Source of the DNA: Octopus vulgaris
Taxonomy: Eukaryota
Assembly: GCA_951406725.2 (NCBI GenBank)
Contig: OX597822.1
Span: 5,642,001-5,706,000 of the forward strand
Length of the DNA stretch: 64,000 bases
Direction of reading: 5' to 3'
How positions within the stretch are numbered: the first letter of the stretch is position 1; every line of letters starts with the position of its first letter. A program made the translations under genes and the position numbers. The notes under the pieces were generated by a model. That model saw only the letters and a list, made by a program, of their open reading frames with translations. It had not been told where the DNA came from and searched no databases. Positions 1 through 14,500 of this stretch are shown piece by piece.

Positions 1-94
1 CAATGTGTTTGACAGTTCTGCTCTGTCTAGCAGATGAAAGACAATGTCACACACTCACTATTGACGTCATAGACTTTTACCGAAAGATTATCTA

Positions 95-228
95 CATATA
101 CATACATACATACATACATACATACATACATACATACATACATACACACACGCACACAACACATTTATCTATATATCTACATATACGTCTATGTATGTAT
201 TATCTATCTATCTATCTATCTATCTAGG

Positions 229-292
<64 letters not shown>

Positions 293-359
293 CAGAACTA
301 CACCGGTTCTATCTAGATAGATAGTTCTATCTATCTATCTATCTATCTATCTAGATATC

Positions 360-431
<72 letters not shown>

Positions 432-432
432 G
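95..432. repeat. Compound (TACA)n / (TATC)n / (GATA)n microsatellite with strand-flipped blocks
   Basis: Direct reading: a TACA run at ~95-145, then alternating TATC and GATA runs at ~200-430. Confidence 0.95.
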
Positions 433-1035
433 GGGGAAGTATGAGTATGTGTGTATCTGTATCTGGTAATTGGCGTCAGAGTACGATGCTGTACACCGGC
501 CCGGCAATACATATTAACTCTTAGAAGCCTAACATCAATAGAATTTCCACTTTAAAGACTCTTCTAACATATTAGCATTCGTGGGTTGTGAAGAGAGGGG
601 ATGGGAGAACCGGTGTAGTTCGAACCACGATAGCCGCTTAGAAAGGACCAGTACAGATTGCACAAAATTCGACAAACATGTGCATGTATGGATGTGTGTT
701 TCCGCGTATAGACGGTAATGGGAATAGATGTGATTGAATTATATACAGTCATATGGATGGATTGATAGCCAAGTGGTTTATTGCAATGAATGTTGAGTTT
801 AATCAATGAGTAAGATAGTAAAAGACGTATATACATAATAATTCAACAGCCTGCTGAGTGGATGTGGAGGGACTGGAAGATTGGCAGGTAGGTATTAAAA
901 AGGAGAATGAAAGAGGGTGGGTTTGGCAGTGATTGTAAGTCGATGTATCGATTGCTTGTGCCCGTGGGTAGAAGTGTAAAATGACATGAAAACCGAGATA
1001 GAGAGAGAGAGAATGTTAGAGAGACAGCGAGAAAG

Positions 1036-1069
<34 letters not shown>

Positions 1070-1564
1070 ACCTGCGGAATTGGACAACTAGACGTGCAGA
1101 TTGGTTTATAGGAAGCTTGATGGATGGATGGATGAATAGAGGTTGATAGATGTATGGACAGATAAATTTGGATTGTAAGTTCGTTGGATAGACTCTGGAT
1201 AAATAGATAGTTAGATAGACAGACGGACTGACGAATAACTTAATATGATTAGGGCACAAACAGAAAGAAACAGAGTGAGGGAGAGACAGAGAGAGAGAGC
1301 AAGGAGTATAACGCAGGCATCAAAGACGGAGAACGTGATTACGAGATAGAATTACGAAGAGGAGAGAGAGCAACGGTAAATAAAGGCTGCAAAGAGAAAA
1401 AGAAAAATGAGAGGCTGTTTTTTTACATCATTGTCTATTTAAGAGACATGTGTACTCTTCTACCAATTGTACTTTTTGACATATGAACTTTCGTTCCTGC
1501 ATTTCCTCGCCTGCACTTACGTATATTAACGTTAATAGATAAGTAGAAATCAGTAGAGTAGGCA

Positions 1565-2524
<960 letters not shown>

Positions 2525-3268
2525 TTGATAACTTTGACAGGTTTCGGCCAGTATAGGCCCAGGCCACGTCTAACTTAATAGCACCACACGGTGAAGTCAT
2601 TTAGTCAAATATGGGGCACCATAGCCCACTCTAGCAAAGGGTTATTATTGTTGGAGACAAATCAGGGACTTTTTGAAGAAATTTGTGCAGTGAGCTTTTG
2701 AATTTTATGGGATCCGTTTCCGTTTTCATGTATTTTGGTATTAAAGAGAGCTGGACTGGTTGGAGTAAAGTAATTGTGACGTAATGTTGCTATGTGTCCT
2801 GAGTTCGATTTTTGTAGTGGGCGGTGTTTCGTCTGTTCTGAGTTTAAATTCCGCCGAGGTTGACTTTGCCTTTCTTTAGTGTCATATGTTTTTCAATATT
2901 GTAAATAAAAACTATGAACATAGAAAAAAAAAAAACATACTTTACTCTCTATTTTTGTAAGCAGTTGTATGTACGTATGTATGTAGTATGTCTGTATTTT
3001 TGTATGCAGTGTATATTAACCAAATATAAACAAATTATAAAGACCTTCCAACCTTGCAACTGCTGCGATAATTATGAACTGGTAATTGAACGGTAGATGT
3101 GCATTTTTGTATACCTTGAGCGTGCCACCTGACTGATTTTTATCAAGAGTTTCACTTCCACCCGTTCTCATCACATATGTATATATATATACAAAATGTG
3201 ACCGCCTGTGTACCGTTGGCGATTTTTTTCCCTCCGTCTTCCCTTCTCTGGATCTTTCCTTCTCCTAT

Positions 3269-3303
3269 GTTTCCGACGAAGAGCTCCGCTCGAAACATTA
3301 AAC
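3269..3303 (+). ncRNA. Degenerate minimal hammerhead ribozyme motif in a short Penelope-like repeat (~3195-3403)
   Basis: GUUU-CCGACGA-A-GAGC(UCC)GCUC-GAAA-CAUU-AAAC; core U4 is changed to C and the stem III palindrome is imperfect. Confidence 0.45.
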
Positions 3304-3403
3304 CCTCCTTCTTTCCATCTTTCTTGAGCGTCCAATAATACTATATTTGTTCCACGTCCTCGCGTATTTTTTGTTTTTTGTGCTTTCTTGTTTGGATTAA
3401 CTG

Positions 3404-3452
<49 letters not shown>

Positions 3453-3884
3453 GTGTGTGCGTACTTTAAAAACGTACGTAACGAATGCGCAAACACCCAC
3501 AGACACATACACATTCATATACAAAATGTGACGATACACACTCATACACTCTCACATACAGTCACATATAGTAAGAGACACATACAAACATACATTCACG
3601 CATTCAAATACACGGCTAAAATACGCCCGTGCTATATATGCGTATGCTCACTCACACTCGATTGAAACACATGCATGTACACCCACATATATATGTAACC
3701 ATACACATGTACATATACATGTACACATATACATACCCACACACACACGCACACACACACACGTATATATAGCCATACGCGCACAAAAATGTTCATATAA
3801 ACGTCTATATACGCACGTGCACAAGAAAAATGCAGGATGAAAGGTAAAATACAGAAAAAATATGTAAAAATATATAAAGCTATA

Positions 3885-3922
<38 letters not shown>

Positions 3923-4029
3923 TGTAAAAAATATATATAAAAATATAGAGATAAAATGCTTTTCGTGGACACAATATAAAAAGCAAGTTCTATTTGTGAT
4001 CTTGAGGTGGGGGGACCAAAAACGTAACA

Positions 4030-4385
4030 AATGTTTAGCCGTGTGTGGGCATGATCCAAAAAGTTTAGTTCTTGAATTTAGACATGCAGCGGGGTCTAAA
4101 GCTGCTTTTCCAGATAAGCCATCTTTCCATATCACAAAGATCGCACTTTCCATTGCCGTTGGCTAATATCTTCCAATGGATGTTGTAACTGACACCTTTA
4201 TCTTTTAAGGACCATATATGACTGGATAATTTGGTCGTTTTTCTTTTATCCCAGTGACCGAAGCTCAAGGTGTGATTGTTGAACCTGGCCTTAAAATTCC
4301 CTTCTGTGAGACCCACATATTTCTTCGACGAAACTGTGTCCTTCGTGGTTGTAGAGTCTACAGTAGCTTCATAAATGATGGGTAT
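4030..4385 (-). pseudogene. GIY-YIG endonuclease fragment, Penelope-like element
   Basis: ORF 4065-4574 contains IIYEATV...KYVGLTEGNFKARFNNHTLSF...TKLSSHIWSLKD...IHWKIL...CDLC. The shifted frame continues LNSRTKLFGSCPHTAKH. Frameshifted and truncated. Confidence 0.8.
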
Positions 4386-4715
4386 GTGCACGTGTGTGCG
4401 CGGATACTTATTTGTGTATATGTATGGTGGCATATATATGTGCAAACATAGGTGTATGTGTAGGTGTGCACGCGCGAGTGTGAGTGAGCATATGCATATA
4501 GGTACATGTACGTGGGTGTGCGTGTGCGCATGTGTATGTATGAACATGCGCGCATACGCGATTTCTATGAGCATTTTACTTTTTTACTTTCTCCCCTCCG
4601 GTTTTCCCCCTTCTTTAACGGTCATTCTAATAGCCCTTTTGTTTTAATAACGGTCAATTACATAGTAATTTCCTTTTGTTTAACGATCGTTTTCATAGCA
4701 TTTTTTGATTGTTTT

Positions 4716-4778
4716 CATAACTGACGAGATGCCGGAGCAGATTTCCGCCCCGACATCCGAAACTCGGAGTTTATTATG
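4716..4778 (+). ncRNA. Hammerhead ribozyme-like motif with long stem II
   Basis: CAUAA-CUGACGA-[GAUGcCGG...CCGaCAUC]-C-GAAA-CUCGGAGUU-UAUUAUG. A second, more decayed copy lies at ~63370-63470. Confidence 0.55.
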
Positions 4779-5714
4779 CCAACCGAATAATTGTCACATA
4801 TTACATTTACAGATAAATTCTTCTATTTACATAATATCGAGGGATCATTCATTCTGTTATTGTCATATCATTATTATTAATAATATATATATATGTGTGT
4901 GTGTGTGTATGTGTGTATGTATGTATGTATGTATGTATGTATGTATGTATGTATGTATGTATGTATATATTTATTTATTTAATTATTTATTTATTTATTT
5001 ATTTATTTATATACACATACACTTCAGAGACTGGTCCTCCCGCACCTAGACGGTCAGTCACGTGCAGAGAAAGATGTGAACCTCTGGTTTTAGAAGGAAG
5101 ACCGTCCTAGCTAAAATCTTCACTGGGAGAGCCAGTTTTACTTCATCTGGGTGGATTTAGACGGACAAAATCTCGAAGAAAAATAAAATAGAAATATAGC
5201 CGAAGTCCCCAACATCGGAAAAAGTAGATGAAGACATATGATCTCAACAACAAAACTGGCGGAAGAGGGCAATACCAGAATGACTAGCTATGAAGGCGTA
5301 GCTCAAACAATACCTGGCCTGGGAGCAGTCTTATGCTATCACATTTCACTACCTGATCCTGCCACACAGGATATCTCGGAGACAGTAGAGTGAAAGTCTT
5401 CCTGACAAGTCAGGATACACCCAAATCAAGAACACTCCTGCACGTATTTTTTTCATTGAAAACGAGGAGCCTACGACAACCAACTCACACGCACATATCT
5501 TGCATATACAATAATACCTCACTTTACGAGGATCAGCCGTACGAGACCCCGGGTTTACGAGTTTAATTTTCAAGCACAAGACCCAAATTTTGAACGAAGG
5601 GCAAAAGTTTCTGCCACCATAACAAATGCTTCTGTGTGTTACCGAGAAATTTAATGAGAGAGAAAGAAAGCTTCTTCTAAACAAACAACTCTAGACTTGT
5701 CTTTTTAAAAAATA

Positions 5715-6117
5715 CTAGCAGTATCGCCCGGCGTTGCTCGGGTTTGTAAGGGAAATAACTATATAAGCATTTTTAGAGAGTTATAGACAAAAAATAGCAA
5801 AAAAATGCATTGAAAATGGAAAAAAAATTATGGTAAATTTTTTTTTAAAATCGTAGACTCATCGTAGACATTTTTAGAGAGTTACTTCCCTTATATAATA
5901 GCGAAAAAATGCATTAAAATGGAAAAAAATGATGGTAATTAATTTTTTTAATCGTAGACTCATCGTAGACGCGCGCTAATACCCAGAAGGGCTCGATATG
6001 AATCACGACTATAAGATACCCGGTTTTGGTTAAACTGCACCGCAAAATGTGGGAGTAGTTAGGAATCTAAATCGTAGGAGACAGACACTCACACAACTTC
6101 ACTTTTATATATAAAGA
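5715..6117 (-). mobile_element. Non-autonomous Helitron
   Basis: Minus strand starts A|TCTTTATATATAAAA and ends with the hairpin CCCGAGCAACGCCGGG followed by CTAG|T. No TSD. Internal ~100-bp tandem duplication (~5768-5970). Confidence 0.85.
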
Positions 6118-6759
6118 TATACGAATGCTTGTGAATCGGCGATCGCGTCTACAAGTGATGGAGTACGCGAGTCTAATGCGAGTAAAAGTGATTCAGAAAA
6201 CGAATATAATAATAATGTTTTTTTATTATAAATGACTTTTCATGTTTTTATGTGAGCCTTTGTGGTCAATAAAAGAATTAATTATAAATGATCTTGACAT
6301 TCTTTTCACTTTACATAAAATATTCTTTATGTTCTACTTTTGTTTTATTGCCATTTATTTGCGAGTATTATGAATTTTATAGGTAAAATATTTTTCTGGG
6401 AACCAATTACGATTCATAACATTGCTACTATGGGAAATTATTGCTCTACTTTATTAGTTTCCACTTTGCGGGCGGTCTTCGGGAACAAATTAACTCATCT
6501 ATCAAGGTATTGCTCTGTATATGTATCAGTGACGGAGCTAATAGGGAAGCAAAGGGAGCGACCCCTTGTCACGAGCACATTTTTCCCAATCGGAGCCTTT
6601 ACGATTTTTTAAAAACTATTTAGTAAAATTGGGGCTTCCAAGGTCATTATTGATCACATGGCTTTAGGGAAGAACTTTCTGGAGTCATTACTTTATTTGA
6701 TCAACATCCCGGGTTTTAAATTGTCAGCTCAATCTCAATCAGCTGAATAAACCAAACAA

Positions 6760-6820
6760 TCCCTGACATCATAAACTCCCTGACGTCACAAACTCCCTAA
6801 CGTCATAAACTCCCTGACAC
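6760..6820 (+). repeat. 17-bp tandem repeat (TCCCTGACGTCATAAAC-like, ~3.5 copies)
   Basis: ccctgacatcataaact-ccctgacgtcacaaact-ccctaacgtcataaact-ccctgacac. Confidence 0.85.
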
Positions 6821-7035
6821 TAGATGATCCTCTGACGTTTCATCTTCATCACATCACAGTTATATATTAGTAATTGTAAATTTCATTCGTTATGATATTG
6901 TTACTAAAACATGAAGTGAATGAACGTCGAATACAATTACGTATATTATAATTAATGAAATATTTTGCGTGATAGAGAAATGAGTTCAATTTATTTTATC
7001 TACTCGCTCCCTTTAACGCTAGAGCATAGCTACGC

Positions 7036-7090
<55 letters not shown>

Positions 7091-7252
7091 GCATATATGG
7101 GTACAGGACATCAAAAAATGTTAAACACAATGAGAAACGAAAACATAGAAAACGAACTTTTTTTCGAACAACGAAAAAAACAGAGAAACGAGACATGCAA
7201 CATAAAGAATATTCCCCTTCATCAGTTGTCCCTGTTTCATCTACTCCACGTT

Positions 7253-7319
<67 letters not shown>

Positions 7320-8595
7320 AATGCGAATGTCAGTGTCACACTTTTTCAGCTTTACTCCTAGAAGCCTCATTCCAACATAACGTACCATTTTGGAATCAGG
7401 CCGTGAGTAAATTAAAAACATTCCGGGCCGAATCCGCACCCGCAATCTTGAAATTTGGGATTACCAAGTTTTCGTTATTGCGATTGCTTTCTGAGATTTT
7501 TTTACGTGATTTTTTGCAACGATTTTTTAAAATTTTTGTACGATAACAATTTTTATTACTTGGAAATAAATTTCGGGAATAATCGAAATTAATTGCAAAA
7601 TCCAGCGATTATTTGCGGCGATTTTTTCACGTGAACTTTTGCGAGGAATATGATGATCATTGGCATATGACTCTTTAGCGAGGGATCTCGCTAATGAAAA
7701 CGTCAACGCTTTAATAATTGGACTTAGTCGTTAATCCAATGGCCATGGCATACTTCTGTGCAGTAAGTAACAACAAAACTCGTATCTGTGCATGGACAAC
7801 CTCGTGGCCAAGATTTATTCAGATGCGTGACAAACGAACTCATACAGTGAGTACACAAAGTTGAATAAAGTTATCAGAGATGAAGAAAAGGTTCTGAACA
7901 ACTTTCCATGTTCCATGATAACATTGAGAAAATAGAAATAAATCGAGCTTCAAGATTTACTTTCCACAGGCATTGGACGTAGAATACCATAGCGAGATGC
8001 TGGTAGGAATTGAATATCGAATTCATGTGCCTGGTCCTCTTTCCGAAGTTGACCTTGTTGTGTCGCAGAAAAGAGAGAAAAAGAGGAAGTTCGAACTGGA
8101 ACAGGCGATGTTCTGCTGACGCCTTCCTGTGTGTCGTTTTGCAGTTATGTCGAGTAAGTCAGCAAAAGGGGAACCAACCACGTTCACTCGGAATATTCTA
8201 GAATGTTCGGTCAGGAGAGATAACTGTCGTTGATGTCCAACGAATATTTTGCGGGCTTGTGAACCTGCTTCAAACAGCATTGCCTAGATTACCCTCCCCC
8301 AGACCGAAGTGGGTGAAAAGGTCGAACAGACAGAGAGTAAAACTGTAGGCAATGAAACAGGTGAACGCCCTTGTTACACAAGGAGGAGCAGAGACACAAA
8401 GAGCGTGGGGAAAGGGATAAATCATTGAAAATGGCAATGCGAACAATGCATACAAACACAAGATCATGCGAATGAAAGAATAGAAACACGTAAAAATAAA
8501 CGCATGTAACATACGTTATGCATGTAATATGTGCAAAGAGAAAATGCGGCAAAACAGTTTGTTAAATTGTACAGTTTGTTCAAAACAGTGAGAGA

Positions 8596-8689
8596 CTTGC
8601 TGTGAGAGACTTCCACCACCTCCTTGAAGGACGAGCGTTCACGATATTCACGGACCATAAACCGCTCACATTCGCGCTACAATCCAAGT
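8596..8689 (+). other. Inverted (antisense) copy of the element's own RNase H segment
   Basis: 8633-8689 is the exact reverse complement of 10148-10204. The segment reads [31 protein letters not shown] on the + strand. Confidence 0.9.
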
Positions 8690-8929
8690 AACACAGTTTA
8701 TGTTACTACGAAAAGGTGATTAAATATTGATAGTTTTAGACAATTTATGCGGTCAAGTTACTGTTCTACCACTTCATATGACATAAGGTGGAGTGGAATG
8801 TGGTGTTTGAGAATGTTGTTTGGAAGCATGTAAGGATGTTTGAGGTTGGTGTGAAGCTGTTGTTGATGGAGCGAGTGTGACAGGTGTGTCAGGTAGTGAA
8901 ATAAGACTTTCAGAGAAAGCCTTCTTTAC

Positions 8930-11525
8930 TCTTCAATAGATACAGTCTCTTTCCGACCGTTTAATGTCCACGGTGAAAAGTTTTGGTGAGTGTCAAAACA
9001 AAAAACAAAAAAGCATGTGTCCATGTAGAAATATCCGCAGGAACGGAAGATTGGTCACGTGGTGCCATGGATGATAGATCTGCGAAGTAAGAACGAAGTC
9101 TGGTGATGTACGACACAGGATCCGGATGCGGTGAGTCGTCTGGTGCCAGCATTCGGCCAGGAAGCGCCAAAGTGGTACCGTACTAGAGTTCAGCTGAGGA
9201 GTGGCCCAAATCCGCCTTAAAAGCGGATCGGCAACCTAGAAGAATGGTAGGAAAAAATTCGGTCCATCATTGTGGATCTGGGGTAATGCGAAGGGCAGCC
9301 TTTAACTGCCTATACAATCTCTTCACCATTCCATTCGAAGCTGGGTGGTAACTAGTCATATGAATGTGTTGTGCACCCAGCAACTATGACAGTTCACGGA
9401 AAAGGGAGGCTTCGAATTGGCGTCCACAATCAGTGGTGATATTGGAGGGGACGCCAAAGCCAGCAACCCAACCTGAGATGAGAGTTCGAGCAACAGACTC
9501 GGCAGTAATATCTACCAAGGGTATGGCCTCAGGCCATCGGGATAACCGATCAATGCAGGTCAAAATGTACGTGAAACCTGAACAGATGAGCCAAGGACCA
9601 ACGAGATCAATATGAATGTATCGGAAGCGAGTGTTCGGTGGACTAAACTGTTCCAATGGAGCACGAGCCTGCCTATGCACCTTGGAGCGCTGACACTGCA
9701 AATAAAAACGCGCCCAAACGGTGATTGTGCGACGCATATCAGGCCAAAAGAATCGGGCCGTGATAAGCTTCATCGTGTCAGCAATGCCTGGATGTGACAA
9801 CGAATGAAGAGCGTCGAAGATGGTGCAGCGGTGACGATCAGGAACGAGCAGTCTCGGTGAACCAGTGGAAACATCGCAGAGGATGTTCCTCTCAGCGGAC
9901 AGGAGTGGCAGGTACTCAAACTTGCAGCAGGAAAACTGAGCAGAAGGAATGTCGAGCGAATCCAAAGAAGGCTGGTCTGAAGCAATGTCGGCCAGATCAA
10001 TCGTAGCAGGAGATGAAATGGAACACAGAGGAAACCAAAACAAAGCATCAGCGGGTGTATTGGCAGATCCAGCAATATGCCGTTTGTCACTGGTGAACTG
10101 TAAAATGAAGGCCAAGTTTCTGTATGCCCTCGGCGAGTAATTCTCCGACTTGGATTGTAGCGCGAATGTGAGCGGTTTATGGTCCGTGAATATCGTGAAC
10201 GCTCTCACAGCAAGATAAACAGCTAACAGCTCTGTATCGAAAGTGCTATACTGTTAGGCTGGTTTCAGTTGGCGTGAGAAAAGCGCAAGTGGCTCTGAGT
10301 CTGGTGCTTGAAAGTCGGTTGCAATACAACGCCAATACTAATATCTGATGCATCAATGGTTAAGGATAGTTCTGCGTTCGCTATAGGATGAGCAAGCAAA
10401 GAAACTTGAACAATAGGAGATTTGACGGATTCAAAAGACTGCAAAACGTCGGAAGAAAGAGAAATAGGAAAATCATTCTTTTTCTTGTCCTTCAAAAGCT
10501 GAGTCAAGGAAAACAACTTGTCCGCACAGTGAGAAATGAAGCGACGATAGAAGTTGATTAACCCTAGGAAATGATGTAACTATTTCAAGGAGGTGGTGGG
10601 GTGAAAATTGCTGAATCGCTTCCACCTTCGCCGGCAGGATCCGAATACCTTCAGAGTCTATAAGATGCCCCAGGAACTCCAACGAAGATGTACCAAACAC
10701 ACACTTTGCAGGGTTGACCTTGACATTGTACGACCGGAGACGCTGGAAAAACTGAGATAGGTGTTAATGATGCTGTTCAGCTGTGTCACTGGCTTTGAGG
10801 AGGTCATCCAAGCGAGCAAAAACGAAAACCATCCTATGAACGACTTCATCAATGAACCGCTGGAAAATGCTGGCGGCATTGCGCAGTCCAAATGGCATAG
10901 ATAAGAACTCGAACGAACCAAATGGAGTGGTCACGGTTGTTTTCGGGATGTCTGTCGGGTTCACTGGTATTTGGTGCTATGCACGTACCAGGTCAATCTT
11001 GGAGAAAACGGTACATCCATCTAAAGCAGATGAAAAATCCTGAAGAAATGGTAAGGGATAACTGTCAGGGATAGTGATGGCATTGAGGCGTCTGAAATCC
11101 CCAGCTGCTCGGAAATCTGCGGAACCTTTTTTTCTTTTCCATGTTTAAAGGTGATGCCCATGGGCTCGTGGATGGTTGAATAAGACCAAGTTGGAGCATA
11201 TGTTCAAATTCAGCTCAAGGTGCCTTAAGCTTGTCTAGTGCCACGGGGAAAACAAGAGGTCCCTTCGTGGAGATGAAATGTCTTGTTGAATGAACAGGCT
11301 CGGTTGGTTTAAACGACAAGTCAGTAAGATCCGGAAAAGAAGCAAGCAATGCATGATACGGGTCTCTTGATGTGGCAACGAAGAAAGAGGGACTTACAGG
11401 AGCGACAGTAGAATTCTTCATATGAGTTGATAAGAAGGTGGTATTGTCGAAGAGCTGCTGCCTCCTCACATCAACCCATAATGAACAATGGTGTAGAAAA
11501 TCCGCACCCAGTATTGGATAAGGCA
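8930..11525 (-). pseudogene. Gypsy pol pseudogene (protease tail, RT, RNase H, integrase)
   Basis: Protease tail PILGADFL; RT KTTVTTPFGSFEFLSMPFGLRNAASIFQRFIDEV...LDD; RNase [28 protein letters not shown]; integrase [35 protein letters not shown]. Many frameshifts and stops. Confidence 0.93.
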
Positions 11526-11699
11526 GATACTCTCAACGAATATTTTGCATGCTTGTGAACCTACTTCAAATAGCGTTACCTACAACTCTGGAGGAAGCAA
11601 TTGCAACAAATTCTCCAAAACAAGTCAGAGACCCGTTTGTAGATCTTCCCATTAGGAGTCAGTAGCTTAAAAGCAATATACTAGCTTAAAAGCTTTATG

Positions 11700-12650
11700 C
11701 CCTTAGCTTAGATTTTTGGGGCCTACCAATTTTGAACAGTCTCAAGTGTAACAGGTTGAAACTGTAATGATTATTGGAAGCTTGACTGAAAAATAGAAAA
11801 CCACAAATGTTCCGTTCTAGTTTTCTTGTCCGTCTTTGTATCGTCCTTCTGTCTGTATATTTCTATTGTCATCTGTTACGTTCTTGTTCCGTTTTTTAAA
11901 AATTTTAGTGGCGTAAGCACACCTTTTCTCAGCTTGTAAGTAAATATATATCTAATTCTGTACGACTTCTTACTTTCGTCTTTTCTTTTCCTTGCTCCAT
12001 CTCTCTCACTTTCTTTCCATTTTTCTTTTTCTCGCTCCCCCTCTCTCACATTTCTTGGTATTCTTTTCCTTTAACTCCTCTACTTTCCTTTATGTCCCTT
12101 GTACTTTTCCCTCTGTCCCCCCCTCTCTTTCTCTAGTTCCTTCCCTAATTCTTCAATCCTTCTGCTCCCTACCTCTCTATGTTCCTCCCACGTGGTCGAT
12201 GCTTAGCCAACCATGATATTTCTTTCTTGGCCTGCCCACTGCTCGAACAACACCTTATCCTTCTGTCTCCTGACTTTCATCTACGTTTGTTGCCGCAAGC
12301 CTTCCACTTCACACACCAGCTCAACTTAACTTGTCCCTTTAGTCGAAAGACACCTGTTGTTATTCTTGTTTGTATTTGTAATCGTGTAACATTTTCTCCG
12401 TTTTCTCGTTTTTGTCCGTGTTGTCGACCATATTCGCTCACGTTCTTCCAAAAATTTAATACCCTTAGCTTAGATTTTTGGGGTCTACCAATTTTGAACA
12501 GTCTCTAGTGTAACAGGCCGAAACTATAATGATTATTGGAAGCTTGGCTGAAGAATAAAAAGCCACGAATGTGCCGTCCTAATTTACCTATCCGTCTTGG
12601 CATCGTTCTTCTGTCCGTATGTTTTCATTGTCGTTCATTACGTTCTTGTT
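11700..12650 (+). repeat. Pair of ~190-bp diverged direct repeats (11700-11890 and 12462-12650) flanking a pyrimidine-rich spacer; possibly Penelope pseudo-LTR-like
   Basis: Both copies begin CCCTTAGCTTAGATTTTTGGGG.CTACCAATTTTGAACAGTCTC and end TTACGTTCTTGTT. Confidence 0.7.
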
Positions 12651-12812
12651 TCGTTTTGTTTGTTTGTTTGTTTGTATGTATGTATGTATGTATGTATGTA
12701 TTTTTTATGTATGTATGTATTTATTTTTTATATATGTATGTAGTTCCGAGCTAACCAAGTAGCAAGAGCGGTTTATGCAACGTAACACGAACGTACGAAA
12801 TGCAATATTATT

Positions 12813-13420
12813 TCCACGTTTTGGCACGAGACTAGCAATTTCGGGATTAGGGGATAAGTTGATTACATCAATCCCAGTGATCAACTTGGTACTTACATTT
12901 ATCGACTCCGATAAATGTATCGATTCCTCAGCAGAATTTGAACTCAGAACGTAATGACAGGCGAAATGTCGCTAAGCATTTTCCCCGGCATGCTAACGAT
13001 TCTTATTTCTTTATTACCCACAAGGAGCTAAACATAGAGGTGACAAACAAGGATAGACAAAGGTATTAAGTCGATTACATCGACCCCAGTGCATAACTGG
13101 TACTTAATTTATCGACCCCGAAAGGATGAATGGCAAAGTCGACCTCGGCGGAATTTGAACTCAAAACGTAATGGCAGACGAAATACCTATTTCTTTACTA
13201 TCCACAAGGGGCTAAACACAGAGAGGACAAACAAATACAGACAAACGGATTAAGTCGATTATATCGACCGCAGTGCATAACTGGTATTTATTTAATCGAA
13301 TCCCGAAAGGATGAAAAGTAAAGTCGACCTCGGCAGAATTTGAACTCAGAACATAGCGGCAGACGAAATACCGCTAAGCATTTCACCCGGCGTGCTAACG
13401 ATTCTGCCAGCTTGCCTCCT
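12813..13420 (-). mobile_element. Head-to-tail array of three tRNA-derived SINE family B units
   Basis: The GAATTTGAACTCAGAAC (B-box reverse complement) and AAAGTCGACCTCGGC blocks are repeated; junctions at ~13003 and ~13187. Confidence 0.85.
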
Positions 13421-14214
13421 TTTATAACCAACCAACCTAATATGGTCTCCAACTTTTATGAACAAGTTGATGTTTAAAGTTGTTCCAAAACTCGGAAGAG
13501 ATCCGAGATCCAATACCCTTTAAATTAAATATGCTTGCTGGCTATCAATTCCGTTTCAGTGATTTTGCATTTACTCTATTACTATTATACTTTGCTGGCT
13601 TCAACTTTTATGAACGAGTTGCTGTGGAAGGTTGATCCTCATCCAATATTCAGAATACTTCCAAGATTTAATGTACTTTAAATTAAGTAAATTACAATAA
13701 TCAAATTGGATAGCAACGGTAAATGAACAGGTTCGGGTGTGTTACAAAAAGGAAAGAAATTGCCTCAAGGTGCCAGTGTGAAGGAGCGTCAAATTTCCTC
13801 TGATCTTATCGTATACGTTAATCAAGATGTAGGCGTCTTTGCCTCAGGGGCTCTACGAACCCTTGCTCTGCCTCTGGGTAGATTTCATTTTTGCCATCTG
13901 CTAATACATATACATACAGATTCCCTTCCTCTTTTCGGTGCCTTAAACACGTCATACAATAATTGAGTTTAATTATTATTTTCGTCATAAATATGATTAG
14001 CTTGAACGAATCACAGTTATTTATACCAAATTTTCCTATTGAATCAAATCCATGAATTTTAAACATAAGAAATATATCCTTATGTTGTTTCCTTCTTTAA
14101 CCTTATGGCCTAGGGTCCCAACCACCGGGTCGCACACAAAGAATACATTTCAAAATTTTATTTCTGTTTTTGGATCACAGTCTGCCGGGTTTTTTCCATT
14201 ATTTATGTAATAAT

Positions 14215-14424
14215 GGTTCAAATTTTGGCACAAAGCTAACAATTTCAGAGGAGGTGTTAAGTAATTTCCATCGATCCCATTGCTCAACTGGTTCTTATTT
14301 TATCGACCCCGAAAAGACGAAAAGCAAAGTCGAGCCCGGCGGAATTTGAACTCAGAACGTAAAGATAGACAAAATGTCACTAAACATTTTGCCCGGTGTG
14401 CTAACGATTCTGCCAACTCGCCAC
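14215..14424 (-). mobile_element. SINE family B (older tail type)
   Basis: Shares the family B head and core; tail is ...TTGTGCCAAAATTTGAACC(ATT). Confidence 0.8.
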
Positions 14425-14456
14425 AATCATTATGTATATAATGTGTGTGTGTGTGC

Positions 14457-14500
<44 letters not shown>

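Larger units (their letters stand above)
8003..11584 (-). mobile_element. Decayed Gypsy/Ty3 LTR retrotransposon: 5' LTR stub, pol remnant, PPT, 3' LTR
   Basis: The 5' LTR stub begins TGTAGG at 11584. About 50 bp of it (11534-11584) match the start of the 3' LTR (8238-8288), which follows the PPT CTGGGGGAGGGTAA (8289-8302). Domain order is RT-RH-IN. The left end of the 3' LTR is uncertain. Confidence 0.85.

Noticed and set aside
9384-10208. Intact or domesticated integrase gene
   Set aside because: The ORF is truncated, has an RNase H deletion and a substituted zinc-finger Cys, and lies within a frameshifted pol.
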